In this document: positions 29,720-44,073 of the stretch, piece after piece | Position numbering within the stretch: position 1 is the stretch's first letter | How the letters are laid out: every line of letters starts with the position of its first letter | The notes under the pieces: generated by a model | The model's database searches: none | Told to the model about the DNA's origin: nothing | What the model saw: only the letters and a program-made list of their open reading frames with translations | Made by a program: the position numbers and the translations under genes | NCBI RefSeq assembly: GCF_009914755.1 | Contig: NC_060932.1 | Length of the DNA: 64,000 bases | Direction: 5' to 3' (one strand) | Source of the DNA: the human T2T-CHM13v2.0 reference genome, Homo sapiens

Positions 29720-31029
29720 TTCGTGCTCCTGCAACCTCTCTCTTCCCCCACTAGAGAGAACCTCCATTTTGAAATGATTCCTTCACTTCTTCTGTAGCAC
29801 TTTTTTAACCTTTCACTATATATAATGTATCCCCATTTAGTTTTGTCTAGTTTTGAATTTTGTATAGGTGAAACTACACTCTTCTGGGTCTTGCTTATTT
29901 CATGCAATTTTGTATGTTTGAGATTCATTTAAGTTAATGTGTATAATTCTAGTTCATGCTCACTGCTGTTTACTGTTTTGCTGTGTGACTAGATCACAGC
30001 ATATGAAGTCATTCTGCTACTTAAGAAACTTTGGTTTGTATCCAGGTTTCAGATATGTACAAATGGTGCTTATCTTTCCTTTCTTGTGCACCCATCCTGG
30101 TGCCAATGTATAGGTGATTCTCTAGGCTACACACTAAAAAATAAGCCAAATCTCAGAGTTTGGGCATACCCTAACTTGCCTTGCCATGCCAAGTTGCTCT
30201 TATAGAAGTTGTTATATATGAGCGCTCACCAGCTGTGACTGATCCTTATAGCCTTGCATACACAATAATGCATTTATTTTCAAATTTCCGACTTTTTGAC
30301 AGTGAGCCAGAAGGCAAAATGTTATTTTATGATGGTTAAACTTGAACTTAAAGAGTCAACTAGTTCAAGGAAGATGGCTAAAAAAAACATAAAAACATTA
30401 ATTGCTTTTCAAAGTCATCTACTTATTTTAGCAATTTTTAAAATATTTCCATCCATGTGTCAATTGCTATGTCTTGATTTTGCAAACTGAGACATTACTT
30501 ACCATATTACTCATAGAAAATGAGGATGTACCTACTCTCATTTCATACGCATGTACTTCCCAGCCTCCCGTGTTCCCAAAACAGTTATAGGGAACTTCTG
30601 TTAGGTCATTATATGATAATTTATATTAGCATGAGTATATAAAAGCTATTCACAGATGAGTAAAGCATAGCATAATTACTTTTATTACAAATATTTTGTT
30701 TTCCCCAGAGAGAAATTATTATGAGTTTTTTTTTTTCATTTTGTTAGTTTTCTATGTGGTTATCACTCACTCCACCCCTAAAATTTTTGCCAGGTGTGAA
30801 AATCTTCTCTTTATATATTTAAACATATTAGATATTAAGTGTTGAGTACATGTTATCATCTTGAAGAAATCTTGCCTCTGGCTTTCTCATCTGCTTTTAC
30901 GTGGACTTCTCTCTCTGTCTCTGGGGAGCCTGTATTCTCTTGATCTCACATGACTCTGACCTGAACTACTTCTTCTCCAACTTTTAAGATCCTCTTGTCT
31001 TTGGTGGTCTTCATTTTCACTACAAGTGA

Positions 31030-31061
<32 letters not shown>

Positions 31062-32850
31062 GAGACAGAGTTTCACTCTCTTGCCAGGCAGGCTGCAGTG
31101 CAGTGGCACAATCTTGGCTTACTGCAACCTCCGCCTCCCAGTTTCAAGTGATTTTCCTGCCTTAGCCTCCTGCGTAGCTGGGAATACAGGCACATGCCAC
31201 CACACCTGGCTAGTTTTTGTATTTTTAGTAAAGATGGGGTTTCATCATGTTGGCCAGGATAGTCTCGATCTCTTGACCTCATGATTCGCCCACTTCAGCC
31301 TCCCAAAGTTCTGGGATTACAGGCGTGAGCCACTGAGCATGGTTGAGGATATCTTTTTATTTGTCCACTTGGGATTCATTGGCCTTCTTCAGTCTGAGGA
31401 TTGGTGTTATTAATTATAGTAAATTTCAACTATTTTTCAATGATACTTTTCCAACATTTTATATATCCTGTGTGAAAACTCAGACTAGACATATATTTGA
31501 GCCATGCTTCTCAAACCCTGGGCTACCAAAAAGTCATCTAAAGGGCTTCCTATAGCACAAATTTCTACAGCATGGTAGGTTCACGTTTGAGTCCTGAGAA
31601 AATGCTGATGCTAATGCTGTTTGTGGATCACCATACTGTGTCAGACCTTCTCATTCTGTTTTCACATGTCTGCTAGCCAGTTGCTCCTGTGCACAATCTT
31701 TTGTTTCTTTGTCTCTTGGTGCTACTTTGCATGTAATTTCTTGATATTTATGTGTCAGTTCACAAACTCTCCAACTATGTCAAATATTGTAGTTCTAAAG
31801 TGGAAGATAGATTAAACTACTGAATGTACATTTGAGTTTTAAATTTCATTAATTTTCATTTCTGTAAGTTCTATTTCAGTCTTTCCCAGTCATTTTTAAT
31901 AGATGAATTTTAATGTGTTATACCTTCATACATTCTTTTATTTAAATATTCTGAAACTTTCATACTCTGTACTTGTTATAATATCATCAGTCTTTGCAAA
32001 TCTGATACTTTGTTGTCTCTGCACATTCCTATTCATAAGACTTATTTCCTCATGTACTTAGTTACATTTTTTTTTAATAATAAGCTCATGCTTAACTGAG
32101 ATTCATCTGCAGGAATTCTTTGTGGCCTATGCTTAGAATGTGTTTTTCTGGAGAGAATTTGTAAATTGTTTCTGCCAGGTACTTATGGACACTTCTTATC
32201 TGATAACCACTTAAATTTTCCCTGATATTTTTCCTATTATATGAATTTCCTTTTCTTTTTAATTTTTCTTATTTGAATACCTTTTGGGGTATAAGTGAGT
32301 TTTGGTTACATGGATAAATCCTGTAATGGTAAATTCTGAGATTTTAATGCATCTATCAATGAATTCTGACTTCACTTTTTGGAGAATAGACTTTGGGTGA
32401 AGAACTCTTGAGAAAGACGTTTGGTTTTCCCTGCTCCACTTTCAACACCAAGAAAAGCTAAGTTTTCTGTGGACAGGGCTTTTTCTAGTTCATGCTCTGT
32501 GAGTTATTGCTCTTTGTTGATACCTGTTTGGAACAGGGCTCCCTGATCTGATCTTCCACTCTACCTGAGTTCAGGCTTTGTCCCCTGTCTATACGCGTGG
32601 CTCACTACCCTGGGGTTTGGAGCACGGAGCAGTGGAAAATGCCTGCTCTTAGGCTCACTCACCCAGATCACTCCTTGAGAAGACTGGCTTTAAATTGTTT
32701 ACTTTATCACCAGCCTGGCGATGCTTTTCAAAGTTGTTGGTTTTTTTTTCTTTTTTTCATGACATGCTTTATCTAACATTTTTAGTTATTCTGTACTAGT
32801 AAGATTTCTTTGCACATCTATTATATCATGTTTTCAGAACCAAAATTGTT
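29720..32850 (-). mobile_element. Composite of old L1M/HAL1-like fragments, interrupted by an Alu and a short younger L1 3' piece (~32250-32360)
   Basis: T-rich antisense L1ME-like tracts (ttgagattcatt...ttcatgctcactgctg; ggaattctttgtggcc...ggagagaatttg...ttctgccagg). Boundaries approximate. Confidence 0.55.
31033..31343 (-). mobile_element. AluSc-like with long poly(T)
   Basis: ggccaggatagtctcgatctcttgacctcatgat; flanks tgaggat. Confidence 0.9.
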
Positions 32851-34337
32851 AGCTTTTTCTTTCTTTTGGGAGGGATGGGGGGATTTTGACATACTTTCCA
32901 TGACTTGAGTGGCTAACTTCAGTTAATATACTAGGTCAGAAATTAAAAATTAGTTGTGTGATTTCAAGTAACTTGTATCATTCTTCTGCCCCTGGTTTTC
33001 TCAGATCGAAAGCAAGGGGACTGAGCTAGATGGAGTCCCTTCTCTGAAGTCCTATGACTTGAGGGTGGTAAAAATGATGCACAGATGGAAAGTGGAAGAC
33101 AGATGAAACTACAGAATGTACTAGGACATTGAACAGAAATAAGTGGCCTTGGACAATACACTTGCTTGTGAAATTCAGCCATTCAGTGTTTCTTTTCTCT
33201 AATATGAAAAATAGTAATAAAGTTATAGAATTTTCTTCCAACCTGCTTTGTGTAGGAAAATTTTAAAGGGTTTATTGGATTATAAATTGCTTTACATGCA
33301 TACTAAACATGCTCAAGCTATCATTCTCTCTGTAATTAAGTTTTTCATAGTCATCTGGTTTTAGCCAATTACCACATGGGTATTAGTCAAAAATATTGCC
33401 GTCTTCTCTTATTGAGATAAAAGTCTCCTAGCTATATAACAAGTATTTGCACACATTGTCTTCTCAACTCACGACGCTAGGTAGATGCCCTTTGCTTTAG
33501 GGTATTTAATTGGTATCTAAGGAGTCATACTTAGAGATAATGAATGGGCTTTCTAACTAGCTCTCTAACTCCTTTTGTATTTCAGCTGCTCTATTAGAAT
33601 GATATTGATCCTTTCTGCATTTATTCATAAGGAAAAGCAATCTGGTCATCATCTTAATAATAAACCTAGTTAGATATCAGAGATTCCCAAAGATAGATTT
33701 CATTCCTTCAATAACTTTCCAATTTAATTCAGGAGACAGGACTTATGAAAAAGTAGTTCATAATATAAGATTGAAGACACTAAGTCTTAGATGTATGGTA
33801 TAGACAGCAAATGTTTTAGAAATTTTGAGGAGAATGGTAGAATAGCCAGATGGAGAAGAATCATTATAAGAAGGGCAGTCCTTTCAGACAGTATGGTGTG
33901 GGCAAGAGAGGGAGAGATGCCCACAGCCAAATTATAATAAACAGCTACAATGTGTAGGGTTTTGTCTAGAATTGGCCAGTTGTGCTAGATGTAACTTTGT
34001 AATTTAAGCAGTGCAAAGCTGGGCCAAATGTTAGTCATGTACTTATATAAAAACCTATCTGAATTTGCATGGGAATAATACTCAACTTGGGCACTATTAA
34101 TATTAAATCTTTCTTTGTTCAGCAGAAGGAACATCGTAGTTTTTAATTATGCTTATGTAATCTGAGCTTTAGCCTCCCTCCCTCAAGAGTCACCCTGTTC
34201 TTCTTTATTTGGGAGAGATAGGATCTGTCTCACATCCACTCCTGAGTTATCTGCCTCTCCGCTGATAGGGAAGTGCCAGGCATCTCTTCCACAAACCACT
34301 GCTTACTTGGCTCCTGGCCTCCTGAGATTTCCACAAT

Positions 34338-34451
34338 AACTTTAGTGCAAGGGTGTGTGTTCAACAAAACACACTTTATTTTATTGCCTCCAAGCAACTT
34401 CAGTGCAAAGGGTGTGTGTTCAATAGGACACACTGTATTTATTGCCTCCAA
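34338..34451. repeat. Diverged 58-bp tandem duplication
   Basis: aactt(t/c)agtgcaa(a)gggtgtgtgttcaa...acacact.tattt(t)attgcctccaa twice; unit starts 34338 and 34396. Confidence 0.9.
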
Positions 34452-35111
34452 CCTTTTTCCATCCCAGTATAACCAGACAATGCCATATGGTATATCAGGT
34501 TTTTCTGAGAAGTTGACAGTTAATGAAAAGAGAATTCTAGCATAGAAAGCAAACACTTGAATTCTGTAGATTAAATATTATTTTCCCCATCATCCAAGGG
34601 AAAAGCATTAAGAGTTAAACACTTCACAGTGTCTCTCCTATTGAACATACTATCTATCTTTCCTGTTCTTCTTCCTCCTTAATTCTCAAATCAGAGCATA
34701 GAGAGAGTCACTTCCATTGAACCTCCGTAATGCAAACCTTAACCCTCTTTGAGGGGCTGCACCTGTTACCATAGGATTTGGATCTAATCTAGAATCTGTG
34801 TCTCTCCCTTTACTCTTTCAATCCCAGGGACGTACATACCAATAGCAGGACATTTCTCAATGTGTAAAGTATCTACTCTAGGCCACACACAGGGAGCTTT
34901 AGCAGCACAGTTCAGGAAGAATTTGGTGCTATAGTTTGTCAATCTTTATAAAAGCTTAAAATTCACATATGCCTTCTCAGTCTTTCTATCTTTCAGCAGA
35001 TTTTTAATAATGTACACATAGACACACATGCCTCTCCAAAAACAAGTGTTAATTTTCAGATAAAGAAGTCTGGAACAATATTTGGCACTTTACCATAATA
35101 AATTGACTGTT

Positions 35112-35160
35112 TGTTTTTATAGATGTGATCTTGCTATGCTGCCCAAGCTGGAGTGCAGTG

Positions 35161-35208
<48 letters not shown>
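35112..35208 (-). repeat. Short FAM/7SL-type Alu monomer end fused to (TG)n(TA)n
   Basis: tcttgctatgctgcccaagctggagtgcagtgg followed directly by a TG/TA run. Confidence 0.7.
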
Positions 35209-35429
35209 GCCAGTTGCTTTTTCATGACCATTCTCTCCAGAGTCCTGGCTAAAAGTTTGAAATTGCTAGAGATTTTGTTGTTACTATTGTTGTTTATTTG
35301 TTTGTTGCACCTTGGGTTAAATCATGTTCTTAGGTACACTGTTTATTTACACTAATTTCCATTTGCAGAAATGGAGCAATATAAAGCTTTATGATCCCTG
35401 TGGCCAAAAAATCTGAAGGGCTAATTTCC

Positions 35430-35571
35430 AGTTATAAATTAAGTTCTTGGGCATTACCAGTATTTTGCCTGATAGAATATTGTGATCATTATTTTTTATT
35501 TTTTAGAGGTAAGTTATAAATTAAGTTCTTGGGCATTACCAGTATTTTGCCTGATAGAATATTGTGATCAT

Positions 35572-35593
<22 letters not shown>
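35430..35593. repeat. Perfect 82-bp tandem duplication
   Basis: 35430-35511 is identical to 35512-35593. Confidence 0.95.
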
Positions 35594-35870
<277 letters not shown>

Positions 35871-36724
35871 AATATTGTGATTATTTTCATAGCAATTTAA
35901 TACTAGCAAATATCTATACATTTGACATCTAGAGAGGGGAACTTTTAGGTGAAAGAATTATTGGACTAACCATGCACAGTATTATAACTTCCTAAGTAAG
36001 ATTTAAATTTAAATGAAGCTTGGAAAAGACAAGTAGGAATAGAAAGGTTTTAAAGAATATGCTCTATAACATATTACCGCCAAAGACATAATGACTACAT
36101 ACATGTTAAACAGGAAGGCATCATAATATTACCAGTAAACTAACAGATGTATTTTTAATATCTAATCCCTAACAGAATTCGTATTTTCCTAGGTTTTGTT
36201 CCTCTTTGAGGTTGAAACTTTTATTATATGACCTCAATAGACTAATGATTCTGGAAAGGTAAAAATGTTACAAAATAGAGAAACAGCTTCTTTTTGTCTG
36301 TGTAAGAAATTATTTGTTTACAATCTTTTAAAATCTTAAGTGGAAGTATATTGTGTCAGCAAATAGATATTTCATGAATGGCATCAATTTATTATAGATA
36401 TGTCAGCATGTACATCCAACATTAAGAAAACCTCTTTAGTTGGGATTAATATTATGGTATTGTTTTTCCTATATGTATTGCACCATCTTTGAAGCCAGGG
36501 GATATGTCTGCTAGTCTTTTCCATCCCATTTAAGACTGGACAAAGTACAAGACATATTGTAGGTGCTCTATAAATAGGCTGGTGGTCTGCAAGTACCCAG
36601 ATGCTGTGTAATGATGTTACACGTAATAAATGATAGATGTTGCATGATGATAAAAAATCAAGAATAGCTGATGTGATTAGGTGGAGAAAAGTTAGGAAGT
36701 GACCTTAAAGGGAGGAATTCATGA

Positions 36725-37037
<313 letters not shown>

Positions 37038-38964
37038 AGAGTGACACATTTTTTAAATGTCTGATTGCATAGAAAAATGGAAGTCATCATGATAGTCCAT
37101 GTGGCAGTGGAAGTTGGATACATCAGCAATGAGAATAGGAAGTGGAGTGGCATTTCTGAGTGGCTGAGACAATGTTATGCTATGCATTTTTATCATACTT
37201 TGTTATAGTTTTTTTCCCCCTTCTTGAGCTGTAGGAACAAAAGTAGAAGCTGATTTATGAATTGAGAGTATGGAGTGTCAGATTTCTGTAATGAGATTGT
37301 ATATTAAATCTAATGAAGGGAAAATATGCTTACCCAAACCAAATGACAGCCCCATGATTGAATGTCTCAAGATCCCTCTCTGGATTTGTTTAGACAATAT
37401 AGAAAGTAAAGTGACCTCCTCTTCTCTTAGGTTTGAGATCAATTTTGTGAAATGAAGACTTATGTATTTGATTATTACCATGACAAAACAATGTGATCAT
37501 GGAAACAAACATGAACAAGGTAGAACTAGTAAACCAAGTGCTGTGTTGTGGGTATGGTAGAGGTTTGTTTACATTAATCACCTGTTGTTACATGTTATGA
37601 TGACTGCTGACTTCTCACAGCAATTCAGTTCTGTTCCTCTACTTATTGTTTAACTTGAATCTTTAAGGTTAATTTGTGCAAGCACACATACGTATGTGCG
37701 CATGCACACCGACATGCATGCATCTATGTGGAGGTATGAACTCATGCAGCATCTTGAAGGTGACAGTGATATAAATGGGTCTTGTCTCCACAGCAAGTGC
37801 GTGTTCCATGAGAATGGCTTCTAATTGGTGCCTCTGTATTGCTGATGTCATTGCTGGAACAATGCAGAACGTGTTATGAAAAGCATTAATAGTAATCACA
37901 CTTTTGCAAAGTCAGCCCCTGAAAAGCTTGATGTACCCAAGCTATAAGGAACCCCCCTTCCCCAGGCCACCACTACCCATTCTTGGGAAGGAAAAGAATA
38001 GAGCAGCAGTCAGCTTCAAGGACAAGAACTGGCATGAATGAAGAAAACCATTTAAGGGATATGATTTAAGGAAGAGTTCACTTCCCAAAACTTCCATTCA
38101 TTTCCACCTAGCCTTCATTTTCCCATTTTTGCCTGAAATTTCACTATTGGAAAGTCATTCCTTACATTAAACCTTTTATCCCAAATAAAATGCAAATATC
38201 CAGGGGCTATGTCATTTACGTCCTCTCCTAATTATTTTCAGATCCTACCTCTGTAGGCAGAACATGATAGAAATGGAATGATTAAGGAGCATGGGGAGAA
38301 CAGAGAAAAGGTGAAACATGAATCTAGAAGAAAAGGTTTTATCTATTACGGTTTTGCCTAGAGCTGGTCTTATAAAAGGAAGTAAACTGGGTGAATGTGG
38401 TTTTCTCTTAGTAGCTTCTTCCACTTGCTGTTAGTTGCTTCGCAGCTATTTTCTTCCTTAATATTCATGCATTTGAGGTCTGTGATCTGTAACCATGACT
38501 TCATGGTATTTAATGTTGCCACATGCAGATACTTTTAAGAACGACTCCATTAAAGATCATTTTCTCCTGGAGCATTCTGTGCTCTCTGGTGGTGTTTATC
38601 ACCCAGCATTTAGTTTTGATTCCTGTAATGTATGCAGAACCAAAGGCACCCCTTCATCACTCAGATTCCACTGGGAGTTAGCTTATGTTGTAAAACACGG
38701 GAAACGGGAAAAAAGAACCAGAGAGGAGCAGAGTTGTACCTATATGTAATCCATCTAGATAAAATAATGTCATGGGACTCGTCCACTAGGAAGGAGGAGT
38801 GGGAATAGGTAGAGTCCCTCCCCTTGGGGTTGTTTACTGCAAAGTCTGGCTGACAACCACCTACTGCCCAATGCCCAACTCTACTGGGTTCTAATTGCTC
38901 TTATTCCATGAAACCAGCTTAGAGCAAGCCACTGTGCTCCCTCTCCCTGCAAATCTCCAGACTC

Positions 38965-39205
38965 CAAGAGATCAAGACCAGCCTGGGTAACATAGTGAGA
39001 CCCCTTCTCTACAAAAATATTTATTTAAAAAACTAGCTGGGCATGGTGGCTTGTGCCTACAGTCCCAGCTACTTGGGAGGCTGAGGTGGGAGGATAGCTT
39101 GAGCCCAGGGGTTCAAGCCTGCAGTAAGCTACGATCATGCTACTGTACTCTAGCCCAGGTGACAGAGTGAGACCCTATCAGGTTAAGAAAAATTAAAAAA
39201 AAAAA
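38965..39205 (+). mobile_element. 5'-truncated AluJ
   Basis: Starts mid left monomer (agatcaagaccagcctgggtaacatagtgagacc); right monomer and A tail present. Confidence 0.85.
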
Positions 39206-40851
39206 GACTTATAAATTCCTCTGGCAATTATTTCAGATTAAATGCTGCAAGAACAGTGCTATACATATAGAGTTGCCTCAAATAAGAAATGTCTATGGGA
39301 TTCATTGATGCAGATGTAGAGAGGCATTTATTGGAAAGGGACTGGCATACTGGATGCATTGCCCATTTCTAATGGTTGAAATAATGAGAAGTCCTTTGCT
39401 GAGAAGAGAGAAAACAGCATAATATTGACTCCATGTCTTGGAGTAGGCAGGTTGGTTCTAACGTCCTCTTTGTTTCTGGTTTCCTTTTAGGTTGGTATTC
39501 TTGAGAGAGAGTTTGTGGGGCATGGCCCTGGTCTCAGGAGGGTTCGGTAGAAAGAGACCATGACAAAAGAGAAATCTACTACTTTAACACTGATATCTGC
39601 AATGATTCGCTTTTCTTCCTGGCCTTGTCCTGCTTTAGACTTAATGCCGGTTTCCTTAGTCGACTTTTCTACGTTGATCCTTATGTCAGATTCTAGAACC
39701 AACCCCCTGCATTACTGGGAAAGATGAAGAGTCCTGGGCCAGCCTGTTCATCATGCACAGCACACAGGACTTCCTGTCAGCTTGGAGAAAAGCTTCTATC
39801 TAGTTATCTTTCCTGTCTTATAGCATTTTACCACTTTTTGTAACCATCCTCAGTCACAGGTGAAGTATGTGTCATTTGATAAACAATCAAACTAAGAAAC
39901 ATATCTATTTAGTTAAAGATGTTCTCACTGCACAGGCTTCCTTTCTTAGATTCCTGATGGGCTCCTCCATCAGTGAAACCTGGGACTGTCCTGAGCAAGA
40001 GGGTACATTCCACTTATTCCCTGATTCATGGTGCTTCTTCTCCTGCCACTCCACATGCTGGGGCTAAGGACCTAGCATCATTTTGCCAACATTATCTTCT
40101 CACAGGAAAAAATAGCAATGGGTTGCAAAATACATTTTCTGATGCCAGGACTAATTACTCTCATTAATGTGTATCCATTCCAGCATTTTCTCTATGAAAT
40201 GCCTAGGAAGTAAACTCCTTTGTATCTCTTACGTTTAGTAGAGTCCAAAAGGAACTAAACAAAAGCTTTCAAAAAAAAAAAAAAAAAACTGTGCGTAGTG
40301 GTTTAGACTGATTTAAGTGAAATCTGGTTCTGTGATAAGACATGGTCTGGCAGCCCCATATGTAGTTAGACTCACAGCCTAGACCGGTATCATAAAGCCA
40401 GACCCCTGCTTTATTGAAGTTGCAGTAGTTCGTAAAGCAGATGATGCCCTCAGGTGATGCTGCATTACTGCCAAGGTTGATAGAGATTGCAAATGTGTGA
40501 ATGAGAAGGTGAACAACTGTGTTTAGCTGTGATTTGTGCAAAAAACAAAGAAAAAAAATGAGCTTTAAGAGATGAGCCTTGGTTTAAAGCAAAATAAACA
40601 CTGTCAGGGAAAGGGAAAGGGTCGTACAGTTCCAGGATCATGATGGGGACAGAAAGATGCACAGCCTGGAGCAGGTAACACTAAGTCCTCCCTGCATAAA
40701 TGTATTGCACCCCACTAACATTTTTCCATGAGCAAATCTGGGCTAAAAATGAATAGCTCACAGCTCTAAAATGGAAAGTTATATAAACGGTCACTCTGCA
40801 GTCACAAGTTTGTTAGAGCGGTGAGGTTTTTACCACTCAGTTCCTTTAGAG

Positions 40852-41204
40852 CAGGAGTCCCCAGTCCCTACCACAGACTAGTATCAGTAGGTGGCCAGTT
40901 AGGTACTGGGCCCCACAGCAGGAGGTAAGAAGCAGGCGAGGGAGCATTACCACCTGAGCTCTGCCTCCTGTGAGATCAGCCTCAACGCTAGATTCTCATA
41001 GGAGCGCAAACTCTCTTGTGAACTGCGTATGCGAGGGATCTAGGTAGCACGCTCCTTATCGGAGTCCCATCTATCTAATGCCTGACGATCTGAGGTAGAA
41101 CAGTTTCATCCTGAAACCATCCCCCACTTCCCCCACCCCAGGTCCGTGGAAAAATTGTCTTCCACAAAACCAGTCCATGGTGCCAAAAAGGTTGAGGACC
41201 GCTG
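40852..41204. mobile_element. MER1B hAT (Charlie) DNA transposon, full length
   Basis: CAGGAGTCCCC...GGTTGAGGACCGCTG termini, gattctcataggagcgc core, perfect 8-bp TSD ctttagag (40844-40851 / 41205-41212). Confidence 0.92.
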
Positions 41205-42451
41205 CTTTAGAGCATCATGAAGGGGGGTTACTTATTACCAGCCAGTGTGTACAGATACACCAATGAATGGATTGACCTGAGGAGCTACTGATGCACACCA
41301 GATCTACTGCTGAGAGCAGAGGACAAACAGTCAACACATTCCTATTCTTTAGGTGGCTAAAGAAAATGATTAGCTGATCTTTTTAGTCCTTCTTGGCTAG
41401 GTATCCCTTCTGTCCTTATTCCAATTCAGGGTACTCTAGAAAAAGATTCGAACAGCTCACATTTCTGCTGGTCTTAAACACTGAACAGAGTGACACCATT
41501 GATTGCAATAGCAACTGTGGGATTTGACAGTTTGAGCCTTCTGGCTTAAAGGTAGCATGTGAGTGTTCATGTCCAGCTAAAACTCTGCAAGAAAATGAAG
41601 GTGTTCTTTTTCGGTAACCATGTCTGAGAGTCTTTCTGGCATGCTCTGGTGCTGGTGGTGGCGGGAGGTGTATGCAGTGGTGACATATGTATGTAGCATA
41701 TGCAGCAATGATGTATGTAGTGGTTATGGTGTATACATGTGAATGTGGAAGAGAAAAAGACAGAAAAAGAGAGAATGATTTATAAAATAAGAGAAAGATT
41801 TTGATGGTAATTACTCCCCACAAAATGCCCCCATATCTATGTTAGGTCCTGTGCACTTTGTAAAATGATTAAAGGAAGTATGGTATAGTTATTTATTTTG
41901 ATGTTCCCTACTCACAGTAGAAAGTTGCAGATAAGAGGTGGTTGATTTGAAAATATGAGGTAAAGAGCCTCCTACAAACTTTTATTTTTTAAAAAGAGTG
42001 TGGTTATAAACTGAAAAGAACAGGCTATTAGCAAATCAGTTGTAACCACCAGCCAGATGTTGAACTTTTGTATATTAAAAACTGGTTACAGTCCTATCTT
42101 GCATCCAGAAAATCATTGATTGCCCTCTTCAAGGGGTGCTGACATTCCAGATGTGATACTTCTGATGTTTGTGTACTCCACTTACTGAACACAATCTAAA
42201 GTCAGATATATTTAAAGGGCAGAATAGTTTCGTCTTAACTCAAGAACTGCAGTTATTTTATAGTTTTACCTATAAAATTATCACTGCCAACCTAAAGCCC
42301 ACAAAGAAGCACTATTTTCATTGATGATGATTCTACAGATCCTGGGGTAAAATGGGCTTTATTCTCAAATCAGAAACAGTTCTGCTGCCATGTTGCTTGG
42401 ATGTTTGTTTTAATTGGGTTGAGTCCAATTGCCTAAGTCAATAATTGATTC

Positions 42452-42762
42452 TTGTTTATTTGTTTGTTTGTTTGAGATGGAGCCTTTCTTGCTCTGTTGC
42501 CCAGGCTAGAATGCAGTGGTGCAATCACGGCTCACTGCACCCTCTGGCTTCTGGGTTCAAGCAATTATCTTGCCTCAGCCTCCGAGTAGCTGGAATTACT
42601 TACAGCCACATGCCACCACGCCCAGATAATTTTTGTATTTTTAATAGAGATGCAGTTTCACCAAGTTAGCCAGGCTGGCCTTGAACTCCTAACATCAGGG
42701 GATCCACCCGCCTCAGCCTCCCAAAGTGCTGAGATTACAGGTGTGAGCCACCTCACCTGGCC
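42452..42762 (-). mobile_element. Alu (Sx-like) with (TTTG)n tail
   Basis: Reverse Alu dimer. Confidence 0.88.
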
Positions 42763-42916
42763 TAATGATTGGTTCTTAAAAGTTTCCCACATTACCTCAA
42801 CAATGACTTGTATGAAAAGGCATTTGACCTTGAAGATCTGGACCCATTAATCAAGTTGCCAAAGCTAGAAATTTTGAGTTATTTTTAGGATTCTTTCACT
42901 CATCTATTCTCTCAAT

Positions 42917-43218
42917 TTATTTTATTTTATTTTTATTTATTTATTTAGAGATGGGTCTTCCTCTGTCATCCAGGCTGTTGTGCAGTGGTTTGATCATAAC
43001 TCAAACTCCTGGGCTGAAGTGATCCTCCCACTGCAGCCTCCCAAATAGCTGGGACTGCAGATGTGCACCACCATGCCCAGCTAATTTTTTAAGTTTTTAT
43101 AGAGACAGGGTCTTGTTTTGTTGCCCCAGCTGGTCTTAAAACTCCAGGCCTCAAGCCATCCTCCTGCCTTGGCCTCCCAAAGTACTGGGATTACAGATGT
43201 GAGCCACTGTGCCCAGCC
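42917..43218 (-). mobile_element. AluJ with small internal deletion
   Basis: Reverse Alu, J diagnostics, (TTTA)n tail. Confidence 0.88.
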
Positions 43219-43689
43219 TTTCCTCTCATTCTAAATTATCACTAGTTATCAATGCTATTTTATGTGTTATGCCTTCTCCAACTTAACCACATTGTGCTAT
43301 TCAAGCTTTCATCCTTTATGCCTCTTAAAGGAGTTACGACTTCCTTTCTGGTTTCTCAAACCCCCAGTGTTACCTGTCACTGTCTGCCTTGCTGTCAGAA
43401 TGAGTTTTCTTAAGCAGAACTCCTTTGGTTCCTCCTTTTAATGGCTTCTTAATGCCTTCAAGGTTGAGTGTAAGCCCCTTGAGTGGCATGCAGGATCCAG
43501 TACAAGCTGCTGCTGTTCTGGTCTCAATCTCTTTCAACTATTGATGTTACACCCAAATAAGACCATGGGTTTTGGAAATCTGCTATCAGATTATTTTAAT
43601 TTATTGCTTTCTACTTTTACAGAAAGCTTTTCATCCTCCCATTTCATTCTCCAGTTTCATTTCATCTTCCAGTTTTATTTTCAACCTCC

Positions 43690-43800
43690 CAAAAAGCCCA
43701 TGAGGTAGGGGAGAGAAGGTGCCATTTTTTTTTTTTTTTTTGCATTTTGCATTTTTTTCATTTTGCAGAGGAAGAATAGGGTTTTGATCTCACAGGGACT
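43690..43800 (-). mobile_element. MIR core fragment with expanded poly(T)
   Basis: gcccatgaggtagg...cattttgcagagga resembles antisense MIR core accctatgaggtagg...cattttacagatgagg. Confidence 0.55.
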
Positions 43801-44073
43801 AAATAGGTAAGTATTACACAGAAGTAACTCTCAATAATGTCGATGTAAATTATTGAATTTATGAATTATCTGTGAGGATATATAATGTATACATTTATGT
43901 TCTAGCATATTACTGCTTTTAACCCTATATTTGTTTAATTATGAACTGTATATCCCTTTCATATGTACATTAATATGTTCATATATACATTTATTTTTCA
44001 CAAAATAAAGAATCAAATATTTAATTCCAAACTTGGTTATACTTTTTTTTTTTTTGACAATTTTGATCATGGT

